A DNA stretch of 62,876 bases, filler included, from 4 parts of 4 records of this genome joined end to end with filler, not necessarily neighbours in it; one strand, 5' to 3'. Positions 11,102-22,039 are shown, counted from the whole stretch's first letter. The notes: generated from the sequence alone by a model not told the origin. A program made the numbers and translations.

Positions 11102-12586
11102 TTAGTTGGATACACCAACTGCGTCTTTACCACTCGACTTAATATTAAACATAGCCTCGTCGGCAAGGGCTAAAAGCCCCTCACTAGTTTTTGCATCATT
11201 TGGATATGTGGCCACTCCAAAACTAGCTGACATACGCACCTCAAGTTCATTTTTTGTTAGATAAACCGTTTCCTTCATAAGAAGGCGTATTTTCTGAACA
11301 TGTTCAAATGCCTCCTCTTTACCGGTTTGCGGTAATACCAATACAAATTCATCACCACCATATGCAACGCCGAAAGCTGGTTTAATCAAACTTGCTTTCA
11401 AGGTGACGGCAACCTCTTTCAAAGCCTGGCTGCCATTCAGGTGCCCATATGTATCGACGATTTGCTTGAAGTTATCCATATCAAGAAAGACCAATGAGAA
11501 AGGCTCATTGGTCTGATCACTCTCAATAATTAGTTTGTCGAGTTTCTTGTAGAGATATCGTGTGTTAAATAGACCGGTGAGGTTATCATGGTTGGCCAAG
11601 TGTTTAAAACGTTCTCTACTGCGACGCAGTTTGTCTTCAGCCAATCGCTTTTTGGTATTATCAATTAAAATACCATCTATAATTGCTTGTCCGTTCTCAT
11701 CACTTGCCAGTCTGGCATTAATCATTACCCATACGGGTTTACCATCCTTGTCTAGCATTTCCATTTCATAATTAGTCACTATCTGGTCTTTTTTCAAAGT
11801 AGATATAAACTGTTTTCGGCTTTCTCTGTCTTTATAGAGGACGGTTATGTCATTTATTTTATTGAAAAACTGAACAGTATCGCCATAACCAAACATTTTC
11901 GCAAAAGCAGGGTTAATCTTAAGAATACGCCCACCCAAGTTGGATTGATACATCCCTTGAACAGCGTTTCCCACAATCCTGCGAAATTTCTCCTCACTTA
12001 AACGAAGTGCATCCTCAGCATTTTTTCGCTCTGTTATATCAAAGACCACGCCCTGATTATGGGTCTTATTTCCAGCGGCATCTCGTACGACAGAGGTCTG
12101 ATCCACCACCCATCGGATATCACCAGACCGAGTAATACACCTGTAAATCATAGTGTATTTTTCAACATCTGCATCAGCGTAACTGCTGATTTCATTGCGA
12201 ACGCGTTCCTGATCATCGGGATGAATGATACCTTTGAAATCAATTTCGCCATCAAGAAACTCTTTGGCTGAATAGCCAAACTGTTTGATATTTTTGCTTA
12301 TATACTCAAGGCGTTGATCGCTATCAGCAGTTCTGCGAAATAAGATGACAGGGCTGCGCTCAACAATCAACTCAGACATACGCAACTCTTTCAAAACGCT
12401 AATATGTTTAGCGTACTCTTGTATTAAACCCTTTTTGTTGTCAACTATAGTTCGTTGCAGTTTACATATTTCATTTTTCGCAGCCTCCGCTTCACTCCGG
12501 TAGCCTTCTGCAAGAGAGAGCTGCTGTTTAAGATCTGCTATTTGATGTAAGAGTTCCTGCTCTCTCTTTTTTATATCATTTTTCAT
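11102..12586 (-). CDS. PAS-PAS-GGDEF diguanylate cyclase
   Basis: Coiled-coil N-terminus; PAS (IHPDD...WV...DITERK); DNLTGLFN, DMDNFK and YGGDEF. Confidence 0.9.
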   Translation of the reverse strand: MKNDIKKREQELLHQIADLKQQLSLAEGYRSEAEAAKNEICKLQRTIVDNKKGLIQEYAKHISVLKELRMSELIVERSPVILFRRTADSDQRLEYISKNIKQFGYSAKEFLDGEIDFKGIIHPDDQERVRNEISSYADADVEKYTMIYRCITRSGDIRWVVDQTSVVRDAAGNKTHNQGVVFDITERKNAEDALRLSEEKFRRIVGNAVQGMYQSNLGGRILKINPAFAKMFGYGDTVQFFNKINDITVLYKDRESRKQFISTLKKDQIVTNYEMEMLDKDGKPVWVMINARLASDENGQAIIDGILIDNTKKRLAEDKLRRSRERFKHLANHDNLTGLFNTRYLYKKLDKLIIESDQTNEPFSLVFLDMDNFKQIVDTYGHLNGSQALKEVAVTLKASLIKPAFGVAYGGDEFVLVLPQTGKEEAFEHVQKIRLLMKETVYLTKNELEVRMSASFGVATYPNDAKTSEGLLALADEAMFNIKSSGKDAVGVSN

Positions 12587-13041
12587 TTCACACCAGGTAA
12601 CAGCGATGGCTATAGCGCAATGGTAAAACTGCTAAAGTGTGCAGCCATAGTAAGAGTGTTTGCTAATAATCTTGGGCTTCCAACATGTGTATACACACTA
12701 TTTATCATAATACCCGTAATATGCGCTATTCATAGAAACAATAAAATTTTTCCGCTCATACAGTGGCTGTAATTAGGGGCTTTTCATGATATTTTTCAAT
12801 TATAAATAGAGAGGTGTTCGCATCAAAGTTTCCGACAGAAAAGTTCTCGCTGAAGAGCTGCAAAAAGTTGGCTTAGATGTGATTGAAGGATTTGTTAACG
12901 CACCAGGCTAAAAGGAGTGGAGACAATGGCCAAGGTGCTCTCCCCTTTCCCACTCAACTGAAATCTTACGGCCATGGGTCTGAGATTCAGGCAACAATTA
13001 CTATCGTTTTTTTTAGTGTTACATATAATCCTGATAATCCT

Positions 13042-13368
13042 TCAACATTGAATAGAAGTTTTTTCACCCAGGTCTTCAAGGCATTCGTGCCTTATTGCTT
13101 TTTCATCAAGACATAGTATGCAGGTATAATTCCAGCACTCTCTCAACAAGCTATCCTCTAACCTAAAATCAGCTACTGCTGCATTGAGGTTGCTTGCCGT
13201 TCCAATACTAAGAATATTGACTTGAAATCCTGACAAATGGCCACGGGGATGAGAGTATGTTAAGATATAAACACCGCCTTTTTCTGGAAGCTGAGCGCTT
13301 TTAGGATATACCTCAAACCTATAACTTTTACCGGATGCTCCACTGAAATCCAATTGATCTTGCATCAT
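13042..13368 (-). CDS. Hypothetical protein
   Basis: 108-aa ORF with protein-like composition (FSGASGKSYRF, GGVYIL); no function recognised. Confidence 0.55.
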   Translation of the reverse strand: MMQDQLDFSGASGKSYRFEVYPKSAQLPEKGGVYILTYSHPRGHLSGFQVNILSIGTASNLNAAVADFRLEDSLLRECWNYTCILCLDEKAIRHECLEDLGEKTSIQC

Positions 13369-13560
13369 TATATTCTACACTCATCCATAAAATTTATTAT
13401 ATTATTTATTACATAACTGTGAGGCATGGCTGAATCGTACCAGTACTGGCTGCGATTTTTGAGAGTACGTCGGTTGATAAACATTTCAGCCTGTGGAAAG
13501 ATTGTTGGTTCGAATTACATTTTGTTTTGTAACCCGAACCGTTGTCTGTTCTATGTTTGA

Positions 13561-15282
13561 TCACACTTTGCGATATGGGAGATAAACTGGTTTCCACATT
13601 TGTTTAGCAATCCAACTTTGCAGATTTTTTTCTTTATGGAGTGGATGCCCTGGTAGGGTTTTGAGCATGGAATGTATGATTTTGGCAGCAACATGGATAG
13701 AAACTTCGCTTAACGCTCCGATCTTTGGAAAAACTGCACCTGCATTTTGGTCGTCCTCTGAGACACAATCGGCAAGGGCATGGGCGGCTGTGGTGAACAT
13801 TTCCGGAGTAATTTCCTTTAACCGCAAGAGGATGCCAGCCAATCCGACGCCAGGAAAAATGAAGACATTATTTCCCTGTCCTACACGAAAAGTTCTCCCC
13901 TCAAAGGTGACGTCGTCAAAAGGACTACCAGTAGCTACAATGGCTTTTCCACCACTCCACTTGTAAAGATCCTCCGGCTTAGCCTCGCAGTGATCAGTCG
14001 GGTTGGACACGGGGAAAATAACAGGCCGGTCGGTTGCCTTAAGCATGGAGGCAACATGCTCTTGAGTAAAAGAATTGGCTACGCCAGAGGCACCTATCAG
14101 TACCGTTACCGGCACATTTCCCAGCAGTTCTCCGAGACTGGCTCTACCGGCCTCAGCAGTCTGCCACTTCTGCTGCAGCCCATCGGGCTTTGCATATTCT
14201 TTTTTGTAGTCATCCAGGCCTGGGCGGCCAGCAAAAACAACACCTTTGGAATCGAGGACAAAAATTCTTTCTCGAGCTGCTTGTGGATCGAGCCCTTCAG
14301 CAACCAAACCCTGACAAATCTGGTCGGCGATCCCTACACCGCCGGCTCCAGCCCCAAGTATGGCAAAGATCTGTTCGCTGAGAGTTTCCCTTTTAATGCG
14401 ATCGACAGCACAAATAATGCCGCTTAGCACAACTGCTCCGGTGCCCTGAATATCGTCATTAAAAGAGGGAAGCTTCTTGCGATAGGTTTTCAGATTGTTA
14501 AAAGCGTTACTTTTACTAAAATCCTCCCATTGCAGGATAGCTCTCGGAAAAAGGCGTATGACATTTTTAACAAATTTTTCGATAAAGGCATCGTATTCAG
14601 CGCCCTTAATCCGTTTTTGTTTTACTCCTAGATACATGGGGTCTGTGAGCAGTTTCTCATTATTGGTACCAACATCAAGAACCACAGGCAGGCAGCTCGC
14701 GGGGTGAATTCCAGCTGCTAAAGTATAGAGTGACAGCTTGCCGATAGGGATGCCTATGCCGCCAATTCCCTGATCACCAATACCTAGAATACCCTGACTA
14801 TCGGTAACTACAATCATTCGTACATCTTGGGATGGGAAGTGATGCACCATCGTCTCCATGTCCTCCACATTGGCTGGGGTGATGTAGAGACCGCGAGTTT
14901 TCTGATAACGGTGACTGAACTCCTCACACGCTTCACCCACTGTAGGAGTGTATATAATAGGCGCCATCTCTTCTATGTGGCTATTTACCAGTGCATAGAA
15001 GAGGGTTTCATTACGATCTTGAAGAGAACGAAGAAATATATATTTGGCAATGGAGGTATCGTTATTCAAAAAACCCTCATAAACCCGATCAAGTTGTTCC
15101 TCTATAGTCTGAATATTAGGGGGAAGCAGCCCCTTGAGATGAAAGTCCTCTCGTTCCTCCATTAAAAAAGCGGTTCCCTTGTTGAGAATACGGTCATTAA
15201 GCAGATCCGTTCCATCCAGAGTGACTGGGCGGAATCTTTTGCCCTCCGAATCTTTCCAGACACGGTATTGTTCGATGATCAT
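13561..15282 (-). CDS. maeA: NAD-dependent malic enzyme
   Basis: NKGTAF, PIIYTPTVG, GIGDQG, QWEDF, FNDDIQGTG, SNPT and GQGNN motifs; RBS GGAG. Confidence 0.93.
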   Translation of the reverse strand: MIIEQYRVWKDSEGKRFRPVTLDGTDLLNDRILNKGTAFLMEEREDFHLKGLLPPNIQTIEEQLDRVYEGFLNNDTSIAKYIFLRSLQDRNETLFYALVNSHIEEMAPIIYTPTVGEACEEFSHRYQKTRGLYITPANVEDMETMVHHFPSQDVRMIVVTDSQGILGIGDQGIGGIGIPIGKLSLYTLAAGIHPASCLPVVLDVGTNNEKLLTDPMYLGVKQKRIKGAEYDAFIEKFVKNVIRLFPRAILQWEDFSKSNAFNNLKTYRKKLPSFNDDIQGTGAVVLSGIICAVDRIKRETLSEQIFAILGAGAGGVGIADQICQGLVAEGLDPQAARERIFVLDSKGVVFAGRPGLDDYKKEYAKPDGLQQKWQTAEAGRASLGELLGNVPVTVLIGASGVANSFTQEHVASMLKATDRPVIFPVSNPTDHCEAKPEDLYKWSGGKAIVATGSPFDDVTFEGRTFRVGQGNNVFIFPGVGLAGILLRLKEITPEMFTTAAHALADCVSEDDQNAGAVFPKIGALSEVSIHVAAKIIHSMLKTLPGHPLHKEKNLQSWIAKQMWKPVYLPYRKV

Positions 15283-15560
15283 GGAGGTTCTCCGTTGTTT
15301 TCAGTAAATGTTTTCTAGTTTTCTACCTAGGGAAAGTATTTCTGTACTTCAGGTGTAAGGTGTCTACGGATTGTGTGATCATAGTTCAGGTGCCAGGGAA
15401 CAGCAGGTTCAATCCACTCACTCCCCTTGTTGCACTGAACCCCTCGCATCACCATACCCTACAACATTTCTAACCGTTGGTAATTATTGGGTGAAAAAGC
15501 AATCAGTTCGAAATATGCAAAAAAATATTTCCTGTAGACATATTATTCTCAACGCAAGCC

Positions 15561-16280
15561 TCACTGTCCAAAAGCAGCGTCATCAATATACCAAATTGTT
15601 TCTTCTGCAGTGATGCGTGCAGCGGGATATTGCTCAGGGGCTGTAGGGTTGTTCATGATTTCGGAAATAATCAGCCTTTTACTCTTGCCTGCCGCGAGGA
15701 ATAGCGCTGTACGTGCCGCATTGAGCACTGGAAAACTAAGCGTTACGCGGTCAATCCTCGGATTGGCTGGCGGATCAATGACCGGGGCGACCCAATCAGT
15801 TGCCTTAAGAGCTTTGGTGCCGGGGAAGAGAGATGCCGTGTGCCCATCTTCTCCTAAACCCTGCAGCACGAGGTCAAAGCGGGGAATTCCCAGATTACCA
15901 AAGATGCTAATCATATTCTGATGCATTTCCTTTGCGGCTTGTTCCGCTCCAAGTTCACCTTTGATACGAAAAATATTCTCTGCGTATAACGATACATGGT
16001 TAAGTAAATGATCTTTTGCAAGTTTGTAATTGGACCATTCATGATCGGGCGGCACTGCCCTTTCATCACCCCAAAAAATGACCGTTTTATGCCAAGCTTC
16101 AGCTTTATTATAAGGCTTTTTAGCCAGAATCTGAAATAACTGTCGAGGGGTTGATCCACCTGATAAGGCAACGATAAAACGCCCACGTAAATCGATAGCT
16201 CGGTGGGCGCAGTCAACAAATAAACAGGCTGCAGCCTCGCTCAATTTATCAGGGTTGGTAAATATGTGAAATTCTGCCAT
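15561..16280 (-). CDS. pgl: 6-phosphogluconolactonase
   Basis: LSGGSTP, GDERAVP, SNY and GEDGHTASLFP; start reassigned to MAEFHIF (16280) after RBS GGAGAG, just downstream of the zwf stop. Confidence 0.93.
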   Translation of the reverse strand: MAEFHIFTNPDKLSEAAACLFVDCAHRAIDLRGRFIVALSGGSTPRQLFQILAKKPYNKAEAWHKTVIFWGDERAVPPDHEWSNYKLAKDHLLNHVSLYAENIFRIKGELGAEQAAKEMHQNMISIFGNLGIPRFDLVLQGLGEDGHTASLFPGTKALKATDWVAPVIDPPANPRIDRVTLSFPVLNAARTALFLAAGKSKRLIISEIMNNPTAPEQYPAARITAEETIWYIDDAAFGQ

Positions 16281-16290
16281 CGATCTCTCC

Positions 16291-17781
16291 TTACAATCCC
16301 ATCCAGCTCCGAACACGCTTAGGACCATCGCTTCCTGCCTTGTAGAGGTGAAGCCGATCTTCATCATCTGGGCAATCACATTCTGTAAGCACAGGGGTGA
16401 GGAACTCCCAACAAAGATCCACCCCATCCTGACGCCAGAAGAGTGTATGGTCACCCATGAGTACCTCAAGCAAAACCTTCTCATACGCACCAACACGAGC
16501 AACATTTCCCTGGGCGTAGTCAAAATCCATGGTCACGTTACGCAGACACATTGCCGGGCCTGGTTCTTTGGCCTGAAAGGTGAGGCGTACCTCTTCCTTG
16601 GGGTTGATAGAAAAAATAAGAGTGTTAGCTGTGATATGATTGCCCAAGATGTTGCGGTACATGGTGTGCGGCACTTCTTTAAACTTCACCTGAATATCTG
16701 TTCGTTTGGAAGACATGCGTTTACCTGATGTGATGTAAAACGGCACACCCTGCCAACGCCAGTTATCGATGTACAGCTTCATGGCTGCGAAAGTGGGGGT
16801 CGTGGAACCAGAAGCAACACCAGGTTCTTCAATATAAGATGGAACAGGGATGTTATCGACCATTCCTGCTGAATACTGACCGAGAATTAAATGGTTGTCT
16901 AAGTCCTCTTTGGGGAAAGGCCGCAGGCACCGAAAAATTTTAGCCTTCTCATCCCGAATCTGTTCAGCGTCGTAGATGGATGGCGGCTCCATGGTCACCA
17001 GCGAAAGGAGCTGCATCATGTGGTTTTGAAACATGTCTCGCAGTACACCTGTATGGTCATAGAAGTCGGCCCGATGCTCAACGCCAAGAGATTCAGCAGC
17101 ATTAATGTGCACAGATTCAATATATTGACGATTCCATAGTGGTTCGAAAATAGCGTTGGCAAATCTGAACATAAGGATATTCTGAACCGTCTCTTTAGCG
17201 AGATAGTGGTCAATGCGGTAAATCTGGCTTTCTTTGAATCCTTGAGACAGGCTATTTGCCAGCTTTCGAGAACTGTGTAAATCATAGCCAAACGGTTTTT
17301 CAACTACCAGCCGCACCCAGTTGTTCTGTTCAATGGCAAGACCTACTTGAGCAAGGGATTCGGCAATGCTTTTATAGGCCACAGGAGGCACCGAGAGATG
17401 GATAATACGGTTCCCCTGGGTGCCTATTTCAGATTCTTTTTGGTTAACAAAATCAGCAAGACTTGTGAAAGTTGTAATATCTTCATAGTCTACACTTCGA
17501 TAAAAGAGACGTGAGGCGAAATCGTCCCAACCCTTCAGGTCCTTGCCGGTTTCTACAAAAGCCGCCCTTATTTGAGCCCGAAACTCTTCGTGGGTAAGTT
17601 TTGAACGGGCGACCCCCACAACCATGTTTGGGGAGGGCAGTCGTTTTGTGGAGAGTAAATCATATAGCGACGGCAAAATTTTGCGAGCGGTTAAATCCCC
17701 TGTTGCACCAAAGACTATTACAGCGCACGGGTCCTTTGGCACCGTATACAGACAGGTTTCGGGCTGTGTAGTATAATTCAT
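16291..17781 (-). CDS. zwf: Glucose-6-phosphate 1-dehydrogenase
   Basis: FGATGDL, EKPFG, RIDHYLAKE, RDMFQNH and WRWQGVPF. Confidence 0.96.
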   Translation of the reverse strand: MNYTTQPETCLYTVPKDPCAVIVFGATGDLTARKILPSLYDLLSTKRLPSPNMVVGVARSKLTHEEFRAQIRAAFVETGKDLKGWDDFASRLFYRSVDYEDITTFTSLADFVNQKESEIGTQGNRIIHLSVPPVAYKSIAESLAQVGLAIEQNNWVRLVVEKPFGYDLHSSRKLANSLSQGFKESQIYRIDHYLAKETVQNILMFRFANAIFEPLWNRQYIESVHINAAESLGVEHRADFYDHTGVLRDMFQNHMMQLLSLVTMEPPSIYDAEQIRDEKAKIFRCLRPFPKEDLDNHLILGQYSAGMVDNIPVPSYIEEPGVASGSTTPTFAAMKLYIDNWRWQGVPFYITSGKRMSSKRTDIQVKFKEVPHTMYRNILGNHITANTLIFSINPKEEVRLTFQAKEPGPAMCLRNVTMDFDYAQGNVARVGAYEKVLLEVLMGDHTLFWRQDGVDLCWEFLTPVLTECDCPDDEDRLHLYKAGSDGPKRVRSWMGL

Positions 17782-18294
17782 CTACTCTCCTTACGCTTTC
17801 TTTGACAGAATGACCGCTGAGCTCACGTCTCAATGCCGCTCAAACACCATTGCGGTGGTACAAAATAATATTTAACTTCCTGTAATGTATACGCCGGGAA
17901 GGTTCCCTCTTCTTTTGTTACGTAACCTCACCTGTACTGCGGTTATGATACGCTACCACGTCGATGTCGTGCTGCATTAGACGCCGAACTATATTCATTC
18001 CCATGCCTCCGACTCCTCTCATCACTATTTTTACATCATATTTCTCTTTTGATTATGCCTACTATTACCTGTAATACACAAGGCATTAATAGCATCCTTC
18101 CAGAGGCTTTAAACAAATTATAAAGAAAACAAAATTCGCCTTGCTTTAATCATTCAAAACGCCAGCACCTTCCCCCCACCAGGGTATCGACTTCAAACCG
18201 TAATAAATAATGTGAAACAGACCACTTAATTAAAGCTTCTTTTTTGATACCGTGGTCTTCTATTTACCATATTTAGACTGATACAATTGAGGTT

Positions 18295-18615
18295 GTGAAA
18301 ATTGCAGTTACTTGTTTTGGTCAAAGTGGAAATACAGAAAAAATCGCTCAGAGTATCTAGGAAGAAGCATCCCTGGAACATGAGGTGAATTTTAAAAACC
18401 GTGAGGAGGTGAGTGCTGAAAATTTCGTAGAATATGATTTCTTCATCGCTTCCCATCTCCATTCAGCTAACCTGGCAGCACCAGGCAAAGCTTTTAATCT
18501 GCTCCCACAATTTCATAATCGCTTCCTTGCTATGTTTCGCATCGCCCCCCCCCTTTGGCCTGGCCGGATTTCGAAAATTATTACAGGATACAACAGCCCA
18601 GAATCTCCTTTATAA
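18295..18615 (+). pseudogene. Flavodoxin-like gene remnant with in-frame TAG
   Basis: GTG 18295 reads MKIAVTCFGQSGNTEKIAQSI*EEASLEHEV...YDFFIASHLH: a flavodoxin-type SGNTEKIA loop with TAG at 18358-18360; flavodoxin-like features fade after about 70 codons. Confidence 0.6.
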
Positions 18616-18813
18616 GGATGGTCAGGTTTGCATGCTGAACAGATATGGTATCTCTTCTTTCTGGGTTGGTAAGAGGTCAACGATTACTGCTTATTTCGCA
18701 GCAACAATTAAAACGTGCATAAAAATTAATCCCTAAATAATTATCTGTCACTCGCTGAAAGCTTGAGGACAGCAAAATATTGAACCATTGACTCAAACGA
18801 GGAGAACTAGCGG

Positions 18814-19344
18814 ATGGCTAACACCAAAAAAGGCCTAATACTTGTTTTTACAGGAAATGGAAAAGGCAAGACCACCTCTGCAATAGGCTTGAGTATTCGG
18901 GCGGCCGGCAACAACATGCCGATTTGTTTCATCCAGTTTATCAAGGGGGCATGGAAGTATGGTGAGTTAGATGCACTAAAACGATTTGATGATCTCATTG
19001 ATTTTCATGTAATGGGAAGAGGTTTTACGTGGAAGTCCGATGATATTGAAAAGGACAAGGCACTTGCCCGTTCCGGATGGGAAAAAGCAAAAGAGGCTAT
19101 ATCCAGCGATCGATATAAAATGGTTGTGCTTGATGAATTCACCTATCTGTTGAAATACGGCATGCTTGAAAAAGAAGAGGTATTGGAAGTATTGAAGAAC
19201 AAACCTGAAGGGTTACATTTGGTTATTACCGGTCGTGATGCACTCCCGGAAATTATCGATGTTGCAGACTTGGTCACGGAAATGCAGGCAGTGAAACATC
19301 CCTACAAGTCAGGCATAAAGGCACAAAAAGGTATTGAGTTCTGA
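18814..19344 (+). CDS. cobO: Cob(I)yrinic acid a,c-diamide adenosyltransferase
   Basis: TGNGKGKTT, QFIKG, LDE, TGR, ADLVTEM, KHP and GIEF motifs (CobO/BtuR). Confidence 0.95.
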   Translation: MANTKKGLILVFTGNGKGKTTSAIGLSIRAAGNNMPICFIQFIKGAWKYGELDALKRFDDLIDFHVMGRGFTWKSDDIEKDKALARSGWEKAKEAISSDRYKMVVLDEFTYLLKYGMLEKEEVLEVLKNKPEGLHLVITGRDALPEIIDVADLVTEMQAVKHPYKSGIKAQKGIEF

Positions 19345-19598
19345 TTAATCCGCAATTATTGTTTTTTAAAGTTTCTTCATTGGAACCTGAACGTGTAAAC
19401 CTTTCGCAAACTGTGAATTATGACCGGTCGGTAAAGTGCTTGAAAATGGTCACCTGATAAACGATTGGGGAGGGTTCGGTTTGCAACCAAGTGCCTGGAT
19501 AGCCTGCTCGAAGCAGTTAAAGAGTTGGGAGAAATCCGTAAAATGATCCCCCCAGATCTTGACCAAATTTGACAACCACGAGCGACAAGGACGATGAT

Positions 19599-21053
19599 AT
19601 GGAAACAAAAGCAGATGTTGCAATAGTAGGATTGGCGGTAATGGGTGAAAATCTGATCCTTAATATGGAAAGCAAAGGATTTACAGTCGCCTGTTTCAAT
19701 CGTACCACGAGTAAAGTGGATGAGTTTATCAATGGTCGAGCCGCCGGTAAAAACATTATCGGCTGTCACAGCGTCGAAACACTCATCAAAACATTGGAAC
19801 GACCTCGTAAGGTAATGTGTATGATTAAGGCGGGCAGTGCCGTGGATGCCTTTATCGAATCGGTTATGCCATACCTTGAGGCTGGAGATGTCATCATCGA
19901 CGGAGGAAACTCGCATTTTTCAGATACTAATCGGCGTGTGGCAGCCGTCGAAAGCCAAGGGCTGCTGTATGTCGGTGCAGGTGTTTCAGGCGGGGAAGAA
20001 GGTGCCTTACTCGGACCTTCCATTATGCCGGGCGGTTCAAGTGCAGCATGGGAAGAAATCCGACCAATTTTTCAAAAAATATGCGCTTTCACGGATAATG
20101 GTGAGCCCTGCTGTGACTGGGTCGGTCAAGGTGGTGCAGGCCACTTCGTTAAAATGGTTCACAACGGCATTGAATACGGCGACATGCAATTAATCTGTGA
20201 GATCTACCAGAACATGAAAGAAGGCTTACGGCTTTCCAACGATGAGATGCAGGCTGTTTTCGCCGAGTGGAATAGAGGACCGCTCGATTCCTACCTGATT
20301 GAAATCACCCGTGACATCCTTGGTTATAAGAATAAAAATGGAGAAGCAGTGCTCGACCAAATTCTCGACACAGCAGGCCAGAAAGGCACTGGCAAATGGA
20401 CAGCGACCTCCGCCCTGGATGCAGGCCAACCGCTCACCCTCATCGGCGAGGCAGTTTTTGCTCGCTGCCTCTCGGCTCTCAAGGATGAACGTGTTTCGGC
20501 AGCACGATTGCTCAGCGGGCCACAATTAAAGTTCGAAGGTGACAAATCAGGCATGATCGAAGATCTCGAACAAGCTCTTTATGCGTCTAAAATTGTATCC
20601 TACGCCCAGGGATATCAGCTAATGCGTGCCGTCGCGGCAGAAAAGGGTTGGCACCTTAACTACGGTGGCATAGCGTTAATGTGGCGCGGTGGATGCATCA
20701 TTCGTTCGGCATTTCTCGGCAAAATCAAAGAGGCCTTTGATGCTGATGGTGACCTCGTGAACTTGATGCTCGATAACTTTTTCACCCAAGCTCTAAAGAA
20801 AGCCCAGACAGGTTGGCGACGTGTGGCAGCATCAGCCGTGCAGCAAGGCATTCCCATGCCGGCTGTCAGCGCAGCCCTCGCCTATTATGACGGCTACCGC
20901 GCGGCAAGACTTCCTGCGAATCTGCTACAGGCACAACGCGATTACTTTGGTGCCCATACCTATGAATTAGTCGACAAACCGAGAGGAAAGTTTTTTCATA
21001 CTGATTGGACGGGACATGGAGGAAGGACTTCGTCATCCACATACAACGTTTAA
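19599..21053 (+). CDS. gnd: 6-phosphogluconate dehydrogenase (decarboxylating, NADP-dependent)
   Basis: GLAVMGENL, DGGNS, GVSGGEEGA, VKMVHNGIEYGDMQ and QAQRDYFGAH; ATG 19599 preferred. Confidence 0.96.
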   Translation: METKADVAIVGLAVMGENLILNMESKGFTVACFNRTTSKVDEFINGRAAGKNIIGCHSVETLIKTLERPRKVMCMIKAGSAVDAFIESVMPYLEAGDVIIDGGNSHFSDTNRRVAAVESQGLLYVGAGVSGGEEGALLGPSIMPGGSSAAWEEIRPIFQKICAFTDNGEPCCDWVGQGGAGHFVKMVHNGIEYGDMQLICEIYQNMKEGLRLSNDEMQAVFAEWNRGPLDSYLIEITRDILGYKNKNGEAVLDQILDTAGQKGTGKWTATSALDAGQPLTLIGEAVFARCLSALKDERVSAARLLSGPQLKFEGDKSGMIEDLEQALYASKIVSYAQGYQLMRAVAAEKGWHLNYGGIALMWRGGCIIRSAFLGKIKEAFDADGDLVNLMLDNFFTQALKKAQTGWRRVAASAVQQGIPMPAVSAALAYYDGYRAARLPANLLQAQRDYFGAHTYELVDKPRGKFFHTDWTGHGGRTSSSTYNV

Positions 21054-21391
21054 CAGAAAAGGGAAATTTTATAGCGCTATTTATGTACAACTATTGCGTC
21101 TTAATTGTTGTTGAACATGGGTAAATTACTAAAAACGTCTTCCTTGCCCGACACCAAGACCTCCCCAAAACCAGTTACACTAGTGTACTTTTGGCGCCTT
21201 CATCCCCTCGAAATTACTTTTTAATACGGCATGAGATTGACGGCACCTAGCTGACTCACTTTATTATTGAACTCCTTTATAAGGTAACTTTCCAGGTCCT
21301 TAAAACGAAATACGGAAAATGACAAAAAACTGCTTATAATTTAGACCTATAAAGTGATTGCCTGCTTCGCACAATAACCATGGAGGTCAAT

Positions 21392-22039
21392 ATGACATTA
21401 CAAGAAAAACTGAGTGCAATGAAAAAGGAGTCTTTAGCAAAGAGGCCGCCTGAAGTTGTTGCTATTATGCTCCAAGAGGTTGAGAACCTTGTTCAAGCAG
21501 GAATCGTCGACAAGGTTATTAAGGTAGGTGAAACTTTGCCAGAGTTCACTCTTCCTGATGAAAATAACAATTTGATTAACTCGACGGACCTTATTAGCAA
21601 TGGGCCTCTTGCTCTCTGTTTCTATAGGGGTATCTGGTGACCTTACTGCAACGTGGAGCTGGAAGCTCTGCAGGAAATACATGGACAAGTGCAGGATCTG
21701 GGAGGTTCACTCATTGCCATCTCGCCCCAGTTAAATAAGTATACAAAACAGGTTGTAAAAAAGCATAACCTGAGCTTTCCCGTATTAACAGATAAAGACA
21801 ACAGGGTTGCGGATAGATTTAACCTACTCTTTACTGTGCCGGAAAAGCTCAAGGAAGTGTACCTTGGTTTTGGCATTGACCTCCAGCGATTTAATGGAAA
21901 TGACACATGGCAACTACCCATGTCTGGAAGATTCCTCATTGATGGTAAAGGTACTATCAAAAGAACTGACGTACATCCCGATCATACTATCAGACCTGAA
22001 CCAAGTGAAATAGTAGAGTTCATGAAAGGATTGAACTAG
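21392..22039 (+). CDS. Selenocysteine-containing peroxiredoxin-like (AhpC/TSA, thioredoxin-fold) protein with a UxxC motif
   Basis: ORFs 21380-21640 and 21653-22039 are in the same frame. Read-through gives FYRGIW-U(TGA 21638)-PYC-NVEL, placing TGA at the first Cys of the CxxC. A SECIS-like hairpin follows; RBS GGAGG. Confidence 0.88.
21646..21673 (+). promoter_or_regulatory. Bacterial SECIS-like hairpin
   Basis: CTGCA-(ACGTG)-GAGCT-GGA-AGCTC-TGCAG stem-loop starting 6 nt after the in-frame UGA, with G in the apical loop. Confidence 0.7.

Noticed and set aside
12607-12650. tRNA-like start (TGGCTATAGCGCAATGGTA...AGCCA)
   Set aside because: Too short; no anticodon arm or TTCG T-arm
18358-18360. 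Pyrrolysine read-through of TAG in the flavodoxin-like ORF
   Set aside because: Not a known Pyl family, and the downstream part is degenerate; a nonsense mutation is simpler
21176-21187. 12-bp palindrome TACACTAGTGTA between gnd and the selenoprotein gene
   Set aside because: Single short palindrome that is compatible with chance
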